Translations under genes and position numbers: made by a program
Source: Eledone cirrhosa
Lineage: Eukaryota
Reading direction: 5' to 3'
Assembly: GCA_964016885.1 (NCBI GenBank)
Contig: OZ024740.1
Span: 401,450,001 to 401,514,000, forward strand
DNA length: 64,000 bases
Shown: in pieces, positions 46,701 to 61,700 of the stretch
Position numbering within the stretch: the first letter of the stretch is position 1
Layout: each line of letters begins with the position of its first letter
The notes under the pieces: generated by a model
Database searches by the model: none
Told to the model about the DNA's origin: nothing
What the model saw: only the letters and a program-made list of their open reading frames with translations

Positions 46701-49700
46701 TGTAGAATTAGTACAGTATAGAACACTATATAAATGCAGTACAACATAGAACACTATGTAGAATCAGTACAACATAGAACACTATGTAGAATCAGCACAG
46801 CATAGAACACTATGTAGTATCGATATAACATAGAACACTATGTAGAATTAGTACAGTATAGAACACTATGTAGAATCAGTACAACATAGAACACTATGTA
46901 GAATCAGTACATCATAGAACACTATGTAGAATCAGTACAGTATAGAATACTATGTAGAATCAGTACAGTATAGAACACTATGTAGAATCAGTACAACATA
47001 GAACACTATGTAGAATCAGCACAACATAGAACACTATGTAGAATCAACAAAACATAGAACACTATGTAGAATCAGTACAGTAGAGAGCACTATGTAGAAT
47101 CAGTACAGCATAGAACACTATGTAGAATCAGTACAATATAGAAAACTATGTAGAATCATTACAGTATAGAACACTATGTAGAATCAGTACAGTATAGAAC
47201 ACTATGTAGAATCAGTACAGCATAGAACACTATGTAGAATCAGTACAGTATAGACTACTATGCAGAATCAGTACAGTATAGAACACTATGTAGAATCACT
47301 ACAGTATAGAACACTATGTAGATTCAGTACAGTATAGAACACTATGTAGAATCAGTACAACATAGAACATTATGTAGAAAAAGTAGATCATATAACACTA
47401 TGTAGAATCAGTACAGTAGAGAGCACTATGTAGAATCAGTACAACATAGAACACTATGCAGAATCAGTACAGTATAGAACTCTATGCAGAATCAGTACAA
47501 CATAGGACACTATTTAGAATCAGCACAACATAGAACATTATGTAGAATCAATACAACATAGAACACTATGTAGAATCAGTACAGTATAGACTACTATGCA
47601 GAATCAGTACAGTATAGAACACTATGTAGAATCACTACAGTATAGAACACTATGTAGAATCAGTACAATATAGAACACTATGTAGAATCAGTAAGTATAG
47701 AACACTATTTAGAATCAGTACACTATAGAACACTATGTAAAATCAGTACAACATAGAACACTATGTAGAATCAGTACAGTATAGAAAACTATGTAGAATC
47801 AGTACAACATAGAACACTATGTAGAATATGTGCATCATAGAACACTATGTAGAATCAGTACAGTAGAGAACACTATGTAGAATCAGTACAACATAGAACA
47901 CTATGTAGAATCAGTACAACATAGAACAATATGTAGAATCAGTACAACATAGAACACCATGTAGAATCAACTCAACATAGAACATTACGTAGAATCAGTA
48001 CAACAGAGAACACTATGTAGAATCAGTATAACATAGAACACTATGTAGAATCAGTACAGTATAGAACACTATGTAGAATCAATACAACATAGAACACTAT
48101 GTATAATCAGTACAGTATAGACGACCACTAAGTAGAATCACTAAAACATTGAACACTATGTAGAATCAACACAACATAGAACACTATGTAGAATCAGTGC
48201 AACATAGAACACTATGTAGAATCAGTACAACATAGAACACTATGTAGAATCAGCACAGCATAGAACACTATGTAGAATCAGTACAGTATAGAACACTATG
48301 TAGAATCAGTACAACATAGAACACTATGTAGAATCAGTACAATATAGACTACTATGCAGAATCGGTACAGTATAGAACACTATGTAGAATCAGTACAACA
48401 TAGAACACTATGTATAATCAGTACAGTATAGACCACTATGTAGAATCACTAAAACATTGAACACTATGTAGAATCAACACAACATAGAACACTATGTAGA
48501 ATCCGTACACTATAGAACACTATGTAGAATCAGCACACCATAGAACACTATGTAGAATCAATACAACATAGAACACTATGTAGAATCAGTACAGTATAGA
48601 ACACTATGTAGAATCAGTACAGTATAGAACACTATGTAGAATCAGTACAACATAGAACATTATGTATAATCAGTACATCATAGAATACTATGTAGAATCA
48701 GTACAGTATAGAACACTATGTAGAATCAGTACAGTATAGAACACTATGTAGAATCAGTACATTATAGAACACTATGTAGAATATGTGCATCATAGAACAC
48801 TATGTAGAATCACTACAGTAGAGAACACTATGTAGAATCAGTACAGTAGAGAACACTATGTAGAATCAGTACAGTATAGACTACAATGCAGCATCAGTAC
48901 AGTATAGAACACTATGTAGAATCAGTACAACATAGAACACTATGTAGAATTAGTACAGTATAGAACACTATGTAGATTCAGTACAACATAGAACACTATG
49001 TAGAATCAGAACAACATAGGACAGTATGTAGAATCAGCACAGCATAGAACACTATGTAGAATCAATACAACATAGAACACTATGTAGAATTTGTACAGTA
49101 TAGAATACTATGTAGAATCAGTACAGTATAGAACACTATGTAGAATCAGTACATCATAGAACACTATGTAGAATCAGTACAGTATAGAATACTATGTAGA
49201 ATCAGTACAGTATAGAACACTATGTAGACGCAGTACAGTATAGAACACTATGTAGAATCAGTACAACATAGACCACTATGTAGAATCAGTACAGTATAGA
49301 GCACTATGTAGAATCAGTACAACATAGGACACTATTTAGAATCAGCACAACATAGAACATTATGTAGAATCAATACAACATAGAACACTATGTAGAATCA
49401 GTACAGTATAGACTACTATGCAGAATCAGTACAGTATAGAACACTATGTAGAATCACTACAGTATAGAACACTATGTAGAATCAGTACAATATAGAACAC
49501 TATGTAGAATCAGTAAGTATAGAACACCATTTAGAATCAGTACACTATAGAACACTATGTAAAATCAGTACAACATAGAACACTATGTAGAATCAGTACA
49601 GTATAGAACACTATGTAGAATCAGTACAACATAGAACATTATGTATAATCAGTACATCATAGAATACTATGTAGAATCAGTACAGTATAGAACACTATGT

Positions 49701-52700
49701 AGAATCAGTACAGTATAGAACACTATGTAGAATCAGTACATTATAGAACACTATGTAGAATATGTGCATCATAGAACACTATGTAGAATCAGTACAGTAG
49801 AGAACACTATGTAGAATCAGTACAGTAGAGAACACTATGTAGAATCAGTACAGTATAGACTACTATGCAGAATCAGTACAGTATAGAACACTATGTAGAA
49901 TCAGTACAACATAGAACACTATGTAGAATCAGTACAGTATAGAACACTATGTAGAATCAATACAACATAGAACACTATGTAGAATTAGTACAGTATAGAA
50001 CACTATGTAAATGCAGTACAACATAGAACACTATGTAGAATCAGTACAACATAGAACACTATGTAGAATCAGCACAGCATAGAACACTATGTAGTATCAA
50101 TATAACATAGAACACTATGTAGAATTAGTACAGTATAGAACACTATGTAGAATCAGTACAACATAGAACACTATGTAGAATCAGTACATCATAGAACACT
50201 ATGTAGAATCAGTACAGTATAGAATACTATGTAGAATCAGTACAGTATAGAACACTATGTAGAATCAGTACAACATAGAACACTATGTAGAATCAGCACA
50301 ACATAGAACACTATGTAGAATCAACAAAACATAGAACACTATGTAAAATCAGTACAGTAGAGAGCACTATGTAGAATCAGTACAACATAGAACACTATGT
50401 AGAATCAGTACAGTAGAGAACACTATGTAGAATCAGTACAGTAGAGAACACTATGTAGAATCAGTACAGTATAGACTACTATGCAGAATCAGTACAGTAT
50501 AGAACACTATGTAGAATCAGTACAACATAGGACACTATTTAGAATCAGCACAACATAGAACATTATGTAGAATCAATACAACATAGAACACTATGTAGAA
50601 TCAGTACAGTATAGACTACTATGCAGAATCAGTACAGTATAGAACACTATGTAGAATCACTACAGTATAGAACACTATGTAGAATCAGTACAACATAGAA
50701 CACTATGCAGAATCAGTACAGTATAGAACTCTATGCAGAATCAGTACAACATAGGACACTATTTAGAATCAGCACAACATAGAACATTATGTAGAATCAA
50801 TACAACATAGAACACTATGTAGAATCAGTACAGTATAGACTACTATGCAGAATCAGTACAGTATAGAACACTATGTAGAATCACTACAGTATAGAACACT
50901 ATGTAGAATCAGTACAATATAGAACACTATGTAGAATCAGTAAGTATAGAACACTATTTAGAATCAGTACACTATAGAACACTATGTAAAATCAGTACAA
51001 CATAGAACACTATGTAGAATCAGTACAGTATAGAAAACTATGTAGAATCAGTACAACATAGAACACTATGTAGAATATGTGCATCATAGAACACTATGTA
51101 GAATCAGTACAGTAGAGAACACTATGTAGAATCAGTACAACATAGAACACTATGTAGAATCAGTACAACATAGAACAATATGTAGAATCAGTACAACATA
51201 GAACACCATGTAGAATCAACTCAACATAGAACATTACGTAGAATCAGTACAACAGAGAACACTATGTAGAATCAGTATAACATAGAACACTATGTAGAAT
51301 CAGTACAGTATAGAACACTATGTAGAATCAATACAACATAGAACACTATGTATAATCAGTACAGTATAGACGACCACTAAGTAGAATCACTAAAACATTG
51401 AACACTATGTAGAATCAACACAACATAGAACACTATGTAGAATCAGTGCAACATAGAACACTATGTAGAATCAGTACAACATAGAACACTATGTAGAATC
51501 AGCACAGCATAGAACACTATGTAGAATCAGTACAGTATAGAACACTATGTAGAATCAGTACAACATAGAACACTATGTAGAATCAGTACAATATAGACTA
51601 CTATGCAGAATCGGTACAGTATAGAACACTATGTAGAATCAGTACAACATAGAACACTATGTATAATCAGTACAGTATAGACCACTATGTAGAATCACTA
51701 AAACATTGAACACTATGTAGAATCAACACAACATAGAACACTATGTAGAATCCGTACACTATAGAACACTATGTAGAATCAGCACACCATAGAACACTAT
51801 GTAGAATCAATACAACATAGAACACTATGTAGAATCAGTACAGTATAGAACACTATGTAGAATCAGTACAGTATAGAACACTATGTAGAATCAGTACAAC
51901 ATAGAACATTATGTATAATCAGTACATCATAGAATACTATGTAGAATCAGTACAGTATAGAACACTATGTAGAATCAGTACAGTATAGAACACTATGTAG
52001 AATCAGTACATTATAGAACACTATGTAGAATATGTGCATCATAGAACACTATGTAGAATCACTACAGTAGAGAACACTATGTAGAATCAGTACAGTAGAG
52101 AACACTATGTAGAATCAGTACAGTATAGACTACAATGCAGCATCAGTACAGTATAGAACACTATGTAGAATCAGTACAACATAGAACACTATGTAGAATT
52201 AGTACAGTATAGAACACTATGTAGATTCAGTACAACATAGAACACTATGTAGAATCAGAACAACATAGGACAGTATGTAGAATCAGCACAGCATAGAACA
52301 CTATGTAGAATCAATACAACATAGAACACTATGTAGAATTTGTACAGTATAGAATACTATGTAGAATCAGTACAGTATAGAACACTATGTAGAATCAGTA
52401 CATCATAGAACACTATGTAGAATCAGTACAGTATAGAATACTATGTAGAATCAGTACAGTATAGAACACTATGTAGAAGCAGTACAGTATAGAACACTAT
52501 GTAGAATCAGTACAACATAGACCACTATGTAGAATCAGTACAGTATAGAGCACTATGTAGAATCAGTACAACATAGGACACTATTTAGAATCAGCACAAC
52601 ATAGAACATTATGTAGAATCAATACAACATAGAACACTATGTAGAATCAGTACAGTATAGACTACTATGCAGAATCAGTACAGTATAGAACACTATGTAG

Positions 52701-55700
52701 AATCACTACAGTATAGAACACTATGTAGAATCAGTACAATATAGAACACTATGTAGAATCAGTAAGTATAGAACACCATTTAGAATCAGTACACTATAGA
52801 ACACTATGTAAAATCAGTACAACATAGAACACTATGTAGAATCAGTACAGTATAGAACACTATGTAGAATCAGTACAACATAGAACATTATGTATAATCA
52901 GTACATCATAGAATACTATGTAGAATCAGTACAGTATAGAACACTATGTAGAATCAGTACAGTATAGAACACTATGTAGAATCAGTACATTATAGAACAC
53001 TATGTAGAATATGTGCATCATAGAACACTATGTAGAATCAGTACAGTAGAGAACACTATGTAGAATCAGTACAGTAGAGAACACTATGTAGAATCAGTAC
53101 AGTATAGACTACTATGCAGAATCAGTACAGTATAGAACACTATGTAGAATCAGTACAACATAGAACACTATGTAGAATCAGTACAGTATAGAACACTATG
53201 TAGAATCAATACAACATAGAACACTATGTAGAATTAGTACAGTATAGAACACTATGTAAATGCAGTACAACATAGAACACTATGTAGAATCAGTACAACA
53301 TAGAACACTATGTAGAATCAGCACAGCATAGAACACTATGTAGTATCAATATAACATAGAACACTATGTAGAATTAGTACAGTATAGAACACTATGTAGA
53401 ATCAGTACAACATAGAACACTATGTAGAATCAGTACATCATAGAACACTATGTAGAATCAGTACAGTATAGAATACTATGTAGAATCAGTACAGTATAGA
53501 ACACTATGTAGAATCAGTACAACATAGAACACTATGTAGAATCAGCACAACATAGAACACTATGTAGAATCAACAAAACATAGAACACTATGTAAAATCA
53601 GTACAGTAGAGAGCACTATGTAGAATCAGTACAACATAGAACACTATGTAGAATCAGTACAATATAGAAAACTATGTAGAATCATTACAGTATAGAACAC
53701 TATGTAGAATCAGTACAGTATAGAACACTATGTAGAATCAGCACAACATAGAACACTATGTAGAATCTGTGCATTATAGAACACTATGTACAATCAGTAC
53801 AACATAGAACACTATGTATAATCAGTACTGTATAGAACACTATGTAGTATCAGTACAACATAGAACACTATGTAGAATCAGTACCACATAGAACACTATG
53901 TAGATTCAGTACAGTATAGAACACTATGTAGAATCAGTACAACATAGAACATTATGTAGAAAAAGTAGATAATAGAACACTATGTAGAATCAGTACAGTA
54001 GAGAGCACTATGTAGAATCAGTACAACATAGAACACTATGCAGAATCAGTACAGTATAGAACTCTATGCAGAATCAGTACAACATAGGACACTATTTAGA
54101 ATCAGCACAACATAGAACATTATGTAGAATCAATACAACATAGAACACTATGTAGAATCAGTACAGTATAGACTACTATGCAGAATCAGTACAATATAGA
54201 ACACTATGTAGAATCAGTAAGTATAGAACACCATTTAGAATCAGTACAACATAGAACAATATGTAGAATCAGTACAACATAGAACACCATGTAGAATCAA
54301 CTCAACATAGAACATTACGTAGAATCAGTACAACAGAGAACACTATGTAGAATCAGTATAACATAGAACACTATGTAGAATCAGTACAGTATAGAACACT
54401 ATGTAGAATCAATACAACATAGAACACTATGTATAATCAGTACAGTATAGACCATTAAGTAGAATCACTAAAACATTGAACACTATGTAGAATCAACACA
54501 ACATAGAACACTATGTAGAATCAGTACAACATAGAACACTATGTAGAATCAGTACAACATAGAACACTATGTAGAATCAGCACAGCATAGAACACTATGT
54601 AGAATCAGTACAGTATAGAACACTATGTATAATCAGTACAACATAGAACACTATGTAGAATCAGTACAGTATAGAACACTATGTAGGATCAGTACAATAT
54701 AGAACACTATGTATAATCAGTACAGTATAGACCACTATGTAGAATCACTAAAACATTGAACACTATGTAGAATCAACACAACATAGAACACTATATAGAA
54801 TCAGTACACTATAGAACACTATGTAGATTCAGTACAACATAGAACACTATTTAGAATCAGCACAACATAGATCACTATGTAGAATCAATACAACATAGAA
54901 CACTATGTAGAATCAGTACAACAGAGAACACTATGTAGAATCAGTACAGTATAGAACACTATGTAGAATCAGTATGACATAGAACATTATGTATAATCAG
55001 TACATCATAGAACACTATTTAGAATCAGTACAGTATAGAACACTATGTAGAATGAGTACAGTATAGAACACTATGTAGAATCAGTACATTATAGAACACT
55101 ATGTAGAATATGTGCATCATAGAACACTATGTATAATCAGTACAGTAGAGAACACTATGTAGAATCAGTACAGTAGAGAACACTATGTAGAATCAGTACA
55201 GTATAGACTACTATGTAGAATCAGTACAACATAGAACACTATGTAGAATCAGTACAGTATAGAACACTATGTAGAATCAATACAACATAGAACACTATGT
55301 AGAATTAGTACAGTATAGAACACTATGTAAATGCAGTACAACATAGAACACTATGTAGAATCAGTACAACATAGAACACTATGTAGAATCACTAAAACAT
55401 TGAACACTATGTAGAATCAATATAACATAGAACACTATGTAGAATTAGTACAGTATAGAACACTATGTAGAATCAGTACAACATAGAACACTATGTAGAA
55501 TCAGTACATCATAGAACACTATGTAGAATCAGTACAACATAGAACACTATGAAGAATCAGCACAACATAGAACACTATGTAGAATCAACAAAACATAGAA
55601 CACTATGTAGAATCAGTACAGTAGAGAGCACTATGTAGAATCAGTACAACATAGAACACTATGTAGAATCAGTACAATATAAAAAACTATGTAGAATCAT

Positions 55701-58700
55701 TACAGTATAGAACACTATGTAGAATCAGTACAGTATAGAACACTATGTAGAATCAGTACAACATAGAACACTATGTATAATCTGTACTGTATAGAACACT
55801 ATGTAGTATCAGTACAACATAGAACACTATGTAGAATCAGTACCACATAGAACACTATGTAGATTCAGTACAGTATAGAACACTATGTAGAATCAGTACA
55901 ACATAGAACATTATGTAGAAAAAGTAGATCATAGAACACTATGTAGTATCAGTACATTATAGAACACTATGTAGAATATGTGCATCATACAACACTATGT
56001 ATAATCAGTACAGTAGAGAACACTATGTAGAATCAGTACAGTAGAGAGCACTATGTAGAATCAGTACAGTATAGACTACTGTGCAGAATCAGTACAGTAT
56101 AGAACACTATGTAGAATCAGTACAACATAGAACACTATGTAGAATCAGTACAGTATAGAACACTATGTAGAATCAATACAACATAGAACACTATGTAGAA
56201 TTAGTACAGTATAGAACACTATGTAAATGCAGTACAACATAGAACACTATGTAGAATCAGTACAACATAGAACACTATGTAGAATCAGCACAGCATAGAA
56301 CACTATGTAGTATCGATATAACATAGAACACTATGTAGAATTAGTACAGTATAGAACACTATGTAGAATCAGTACAACATAGAACACTATGTAGAATCAG
56401 TACATCATAGAACACTATGTAGAATCAGTACAGTATAGAATACTATGTAGAATCAGTACAGTATAGAACACTATGTAGAATCAGTACAACATAGAACACT
56501 ATGTAGAATCAGCACAACATAGAACACTATGTAGAATCAACAAAACATAGAACACTATGTAGAATCAGTACAGTAGAGAGCACTATGTAGAATCAGTACA
56601 ACATAGAACACTATGTAGAATCAGTACAATATAGAAAACTATGTAGAATCATTACAGTATAGAACACTATGTAGAATCAGTACAGTATAGAACACTATGT
56701 AGAATCAGTACAGCATAGAACACTATGTAGAATCAGTACAGTATAGACTACTATGCAGAATCAGTACAGTATAGAACACTATGTAGAATCACTACAGTAT
56801 AGAACACTATGTAGATTCAGTACAGTATAGAACACTATGTAGAATCAGTACAACATAGAACATTATGTAGAAAAAGTAGATCATATAACACTATGTAGAA
56901 TCAGTACAGTAGAGAGCACTATGTAGAATCAGTACAACATAGAACACTATGCAGAATCAGTACAGTATAGAACTCTATGCAGAATCAGTACAACATAGGA
57001 CACTATTTAGAATCAGCACAACATAGAACATTATGTAGAATCAATACAACATAGAACACTATGTAGAATCAGTACAGTATAGACTACTATGCAGAATCAG
57101 TACAGTATAGAACACTATGTAGAATCACTACAGTATAGAACACTATGTAGAATCAGTACAATATAGAACACTATGTAGAATCAGTAAGTATAGAACACTA
57201 TTTAGAATCAGTACACTATAGAACACTATGTAAAATCAGTACAACATAGAACACTATGTAGAATCAGTACAGTATAGAAAACTATGTAGAATCAGTACAA
57301 CATAGAACACTATGTAGAATATGTGCATCATAGAACACTATGTAGAATCAGTACAGTAGAGAACACTATGTAGAATCAGTACAACATAGAACACTATGTA
57401 GAATCAGTACAACATAGAACAATATGTAGAATCAGTACAACATAGAACACCATGTAGAATCAACTCAACATAGAACATTACGTAGAATCAGTACAACAGA
57501 GAACACTATGTAGAATCAGTATAACATAGAACACTATGTAGAATCAGTACAGTATAGAACACTATGTAGAATCAATACAACATAGAACACTATGTATAAT
57601 CAGTACAGTATAGACGACCACTAAGTAGAATCACTAAAACATTGAACACTATGTAGAATCAACACAACATAGAACACTATGTAGAATCAGTGCAACATAG
57701 AACACTATGTAGAATCAGTACAACATAGAACACTATGTAGAATCAGCACAGCATAGAACACTATGTAGAATCAGTACAGTATAGAACACTATGTAGAATC
57801 AGTACAACATAGAACACTATGTAGAATCAGTACAATATAGACTACTATGCAGAATCGGTACAGTATAGAACACTATGTAGAATCAGTACAACATAGAACA
57901 CTATGTATAATCAGTACAGTATAGACCACTATGTAGAATCACTAAAACATTGAACACTATGTAGAATCAACACAACATAGAACACTATGTAGAATCCGTA
58001 CACTATAGAACACTATGTAGAATCAGCACACCATAGAACACTATGTAGAATCAATACAACATAGAACACTATGTAGAATCAGTACAGTATAGAACACTAT
58101 GTAGAATCAGTACAGTATAGAACACTATGTAGAATCAGTACAACATAGAACATTATGTATAATCAGTACATCATAGAATACTATGTAGAATCAGTACAGT
58201 ATAGAACACTATGTAGAATCAGTACAGTATAGAACACTATGTAGAATCAGTACATTATAGAACACTATGTAGAATATGTGCATCATAGAACACTATGTAG
58301 AATCACTACAGTAGAGAACACTATGTAGAATCAGTACAGTAGAGAACACTATGTAGAATCAGTACAGTATAGACTACAATGCAGCATCAGTACAGTATAG
58401 AACACTATGTAGAATCAGTACAACATAGAACACTATGTAGAATTAGTACAGTATAGAACACTATGTAGATTCAGTACAACATAGAACACTATGTAGAATC
58501 AGAACAACATAGGACAGTATGTAGAATCAGCACAGCATAGAACACTATGTAGAATCAATACAACATAGAACACTATGTAGAATTTGTACAGTATAGAATA
58601 CTATGTAGAATCAGTACAGTATAGAACACTATGTAGAATCAGTACATCATAGAACACTATGTAGAATCAGTACAGTATAGAATACTATGTAGAATCAGTA

Positions 58701-61700
58701 CAGTATAGAACACTATGTAGAAGCAGTACAGTATAGAACACTATGTAGAATCAGTACAACATAGACCACTATGTAGAATCAGTACAGTATAGAGCACTAT
58801 GTAGAATCAGTACAACATAGGACACTATTTAGAATCAGCACAACATAGAACATTATGTAGAATCAATACAACATAGAACACTATGTAGAATCAGTACAGT
58901 ATAGACTACTATGCAGAATCAGTACAGTATAGAACACTATGTAGAATCACTACAGTATAGAACACTATGTAGAATCAGTACAATATAGAACACTATGTAG
59001 AATCAGTAAGTATAGAACACCATTTAGAATCAGTACACTATAGAACACTATGTAAAATCAGTACAACATAGAACACTATGTAGAATCAGTACAGTATAGA
59101 AAACTATGTAGAATCAGTACAACATAGAACACTATGTCGAATATGTGCATCATAGAACACTATGTAGAATCAGTACAGTAGAGAACACTATGTAGAATCA
59201 GTACAACATAGAACACTATGTAGAATCAGTACAACATAGAACACTATGTAGAATCAGTACAACATAGAACAATATGTAGAATCAGTACAACATAGAACAC
59301 CATGTAGAATCAACTCAACATAGAACATTACGTAGAATCAGTACAACAGAGAACACTATGTAGAATCAGTATAACATAGAACACTATGTAGAATCAGTAC
59401 AGTATAGAACACTATGTAGAATCAATACAACATAGAACACTATGTATAATCAGTACAGTATAGACCACTAAGTAGAATCACTAAAACATTGAACACTATG
59501 TAGAATCAACACAACATAGAACACTATGTAGAATCAGTACAACATAGAACACTATGTAGAATCAGTACAACATAGAACACTATGTAGAATCAGCACAGCA
59601 TAGAACACTATGTAGAATCAGTACAGTATAGAACACTATGTAGAATCAGTACAACATAGAACACTATGTAGAATCAGTACAGTATAGACTACTATGCAGA
59701 ATCGGTACAGTATAGAACACTATGTAGAATCAGTACAACATAGAACACTATGTATAATCAGTACAGTATAGACCACTATGTAGAATCACTAAAACATTGA
59801 ACACTATGTAGAATCAACACAACATAGAACACTATGTAGAATCAGTACACTATAGAACACTATGTAGAATCAGCACACCATAGAACACTATGTAGAATCA
59901 ATACAACATAGAACACTATGTAGAATCAGTACAGTATAGAACACTATGTCGAATCAGTACAGTATAGAACACTATGTAGAATCAGTACAACATAGAACAT
60001 TATGTATAATCAGTACATCATAGAATACTATGTAGAATCAGTACAGTATAGAACACTATGTAGAATCAGTACAGTATAGAACACTATGTAGAATCAGTAC
60101 ATTATAGAACACTATGTAGAATATGTGCATCATAGATCACTATGTAGAATCAGTACAGTAGAGAACACTATGTAGAATCAGTACAGTAGAGAACACTATG
60201 TAGAATATGTGCATCATAGAACACTATGTAGAATCAGTACAGTATAGACTACTATGCAGAATCAGTACAGTATAGAACACTATGTAGAATCAGTACAGTA
60301 TAGAACACTATGTAGAATCAGTACATTATAGAACACTATGTAGAATATGTGCATCATAGAACACTATGTAGAATCAGTACAGTATAGACTACTATGCAGA
60401 ATCAGTACAGTATAGAACACTATGTAGAATCAGTACAACATAGAACACTATGTAGAATCAGTACAGTATAGAACACTATGTAGAATCAATACAACATAGA
60501 ACACTATGTAGAATTAGTACAGTATAGAACACTATGTAAATGCAGTACAACATAGAACACTATGTAGAATCAGTACAACATAGAACACTATGTTGAATCA
60601 GCACAGCATAGAACACTATGTAGTATCAATATAACATAGAACACTATGTAGAATTAGTACAGTATAGAACACTATGTAGAATCAGTACAACATAGAACAC
60701 TATGTAGAATCAGTACATCATAGAACACTATGTAGAATCAGTACAGTATAGAATACTATGTAGAATCAGTACAGTATAGAACACTATGTAGAATCAGTAC
60801 AACATAGAACACTATGTAGAATCAGCACAACATAGAACACTATGTAGAATCAACAAAACATAGAACACTATGTAGAATCAGTACAGTAGAGAGCACTATG
60901 TAGAATCAGTACAACATAGAACACTATGTAGAATCAGTACAATATAGAAAACTATGTAGAATCATTACAGTATAGAACACTATGTAGAATCAGTACAGTA
61001 TAGAACACTATGTAGAATCAGCACAACATAGAACACTATGTAGAATCTGTGCATTATAGAACACTATGTAGAATCAGTACAACATAGAACACTATGTATA
61101 ATCAGTACTGTATAGAACACTATGTAGTATCAGTACAACATAGGACACTATGTAGAATCAGTACCACATAGAACACTATGTAGATTCAGTACAGTATAGA
61201 ACACTATGTAGAATCAGTACAACATAGAACATTATGTAGAAAAAGTAGATCATAGAACACTATGTAGAATCAGTACAGTAGAGAGCACTATGTAGAATCA
61301 GTACAACATAGAACACTATGCAGAATCAGTACAGTATAGAACTCTATGCAGAATCAGTACAACATAGGACACTATTTAGAATCAGCACAACATAGAACAT
61401 TATGTAGAATCAATACAATATAGAACACTATGTAGAATCAGTACAGTATAGACTACTATGCAGAATCAGTACAGTATAGAACACTATGTAGAATCACTAC
61501 AGTATAGAACACTATGTAGAATCAGTACAATATAGAACACTATGTAGAATCAGTAAGTATAGAACACCATTTAGAATCAGTACACTATAGAACACTATGT
61601 AAAATCAGTACAACATAGAACACTATGTAGAATCAGTACAGTATAGAAAACTATGTAGAATCAGTACAACATAGAACACTATGTAGAATATGTGCATCAT

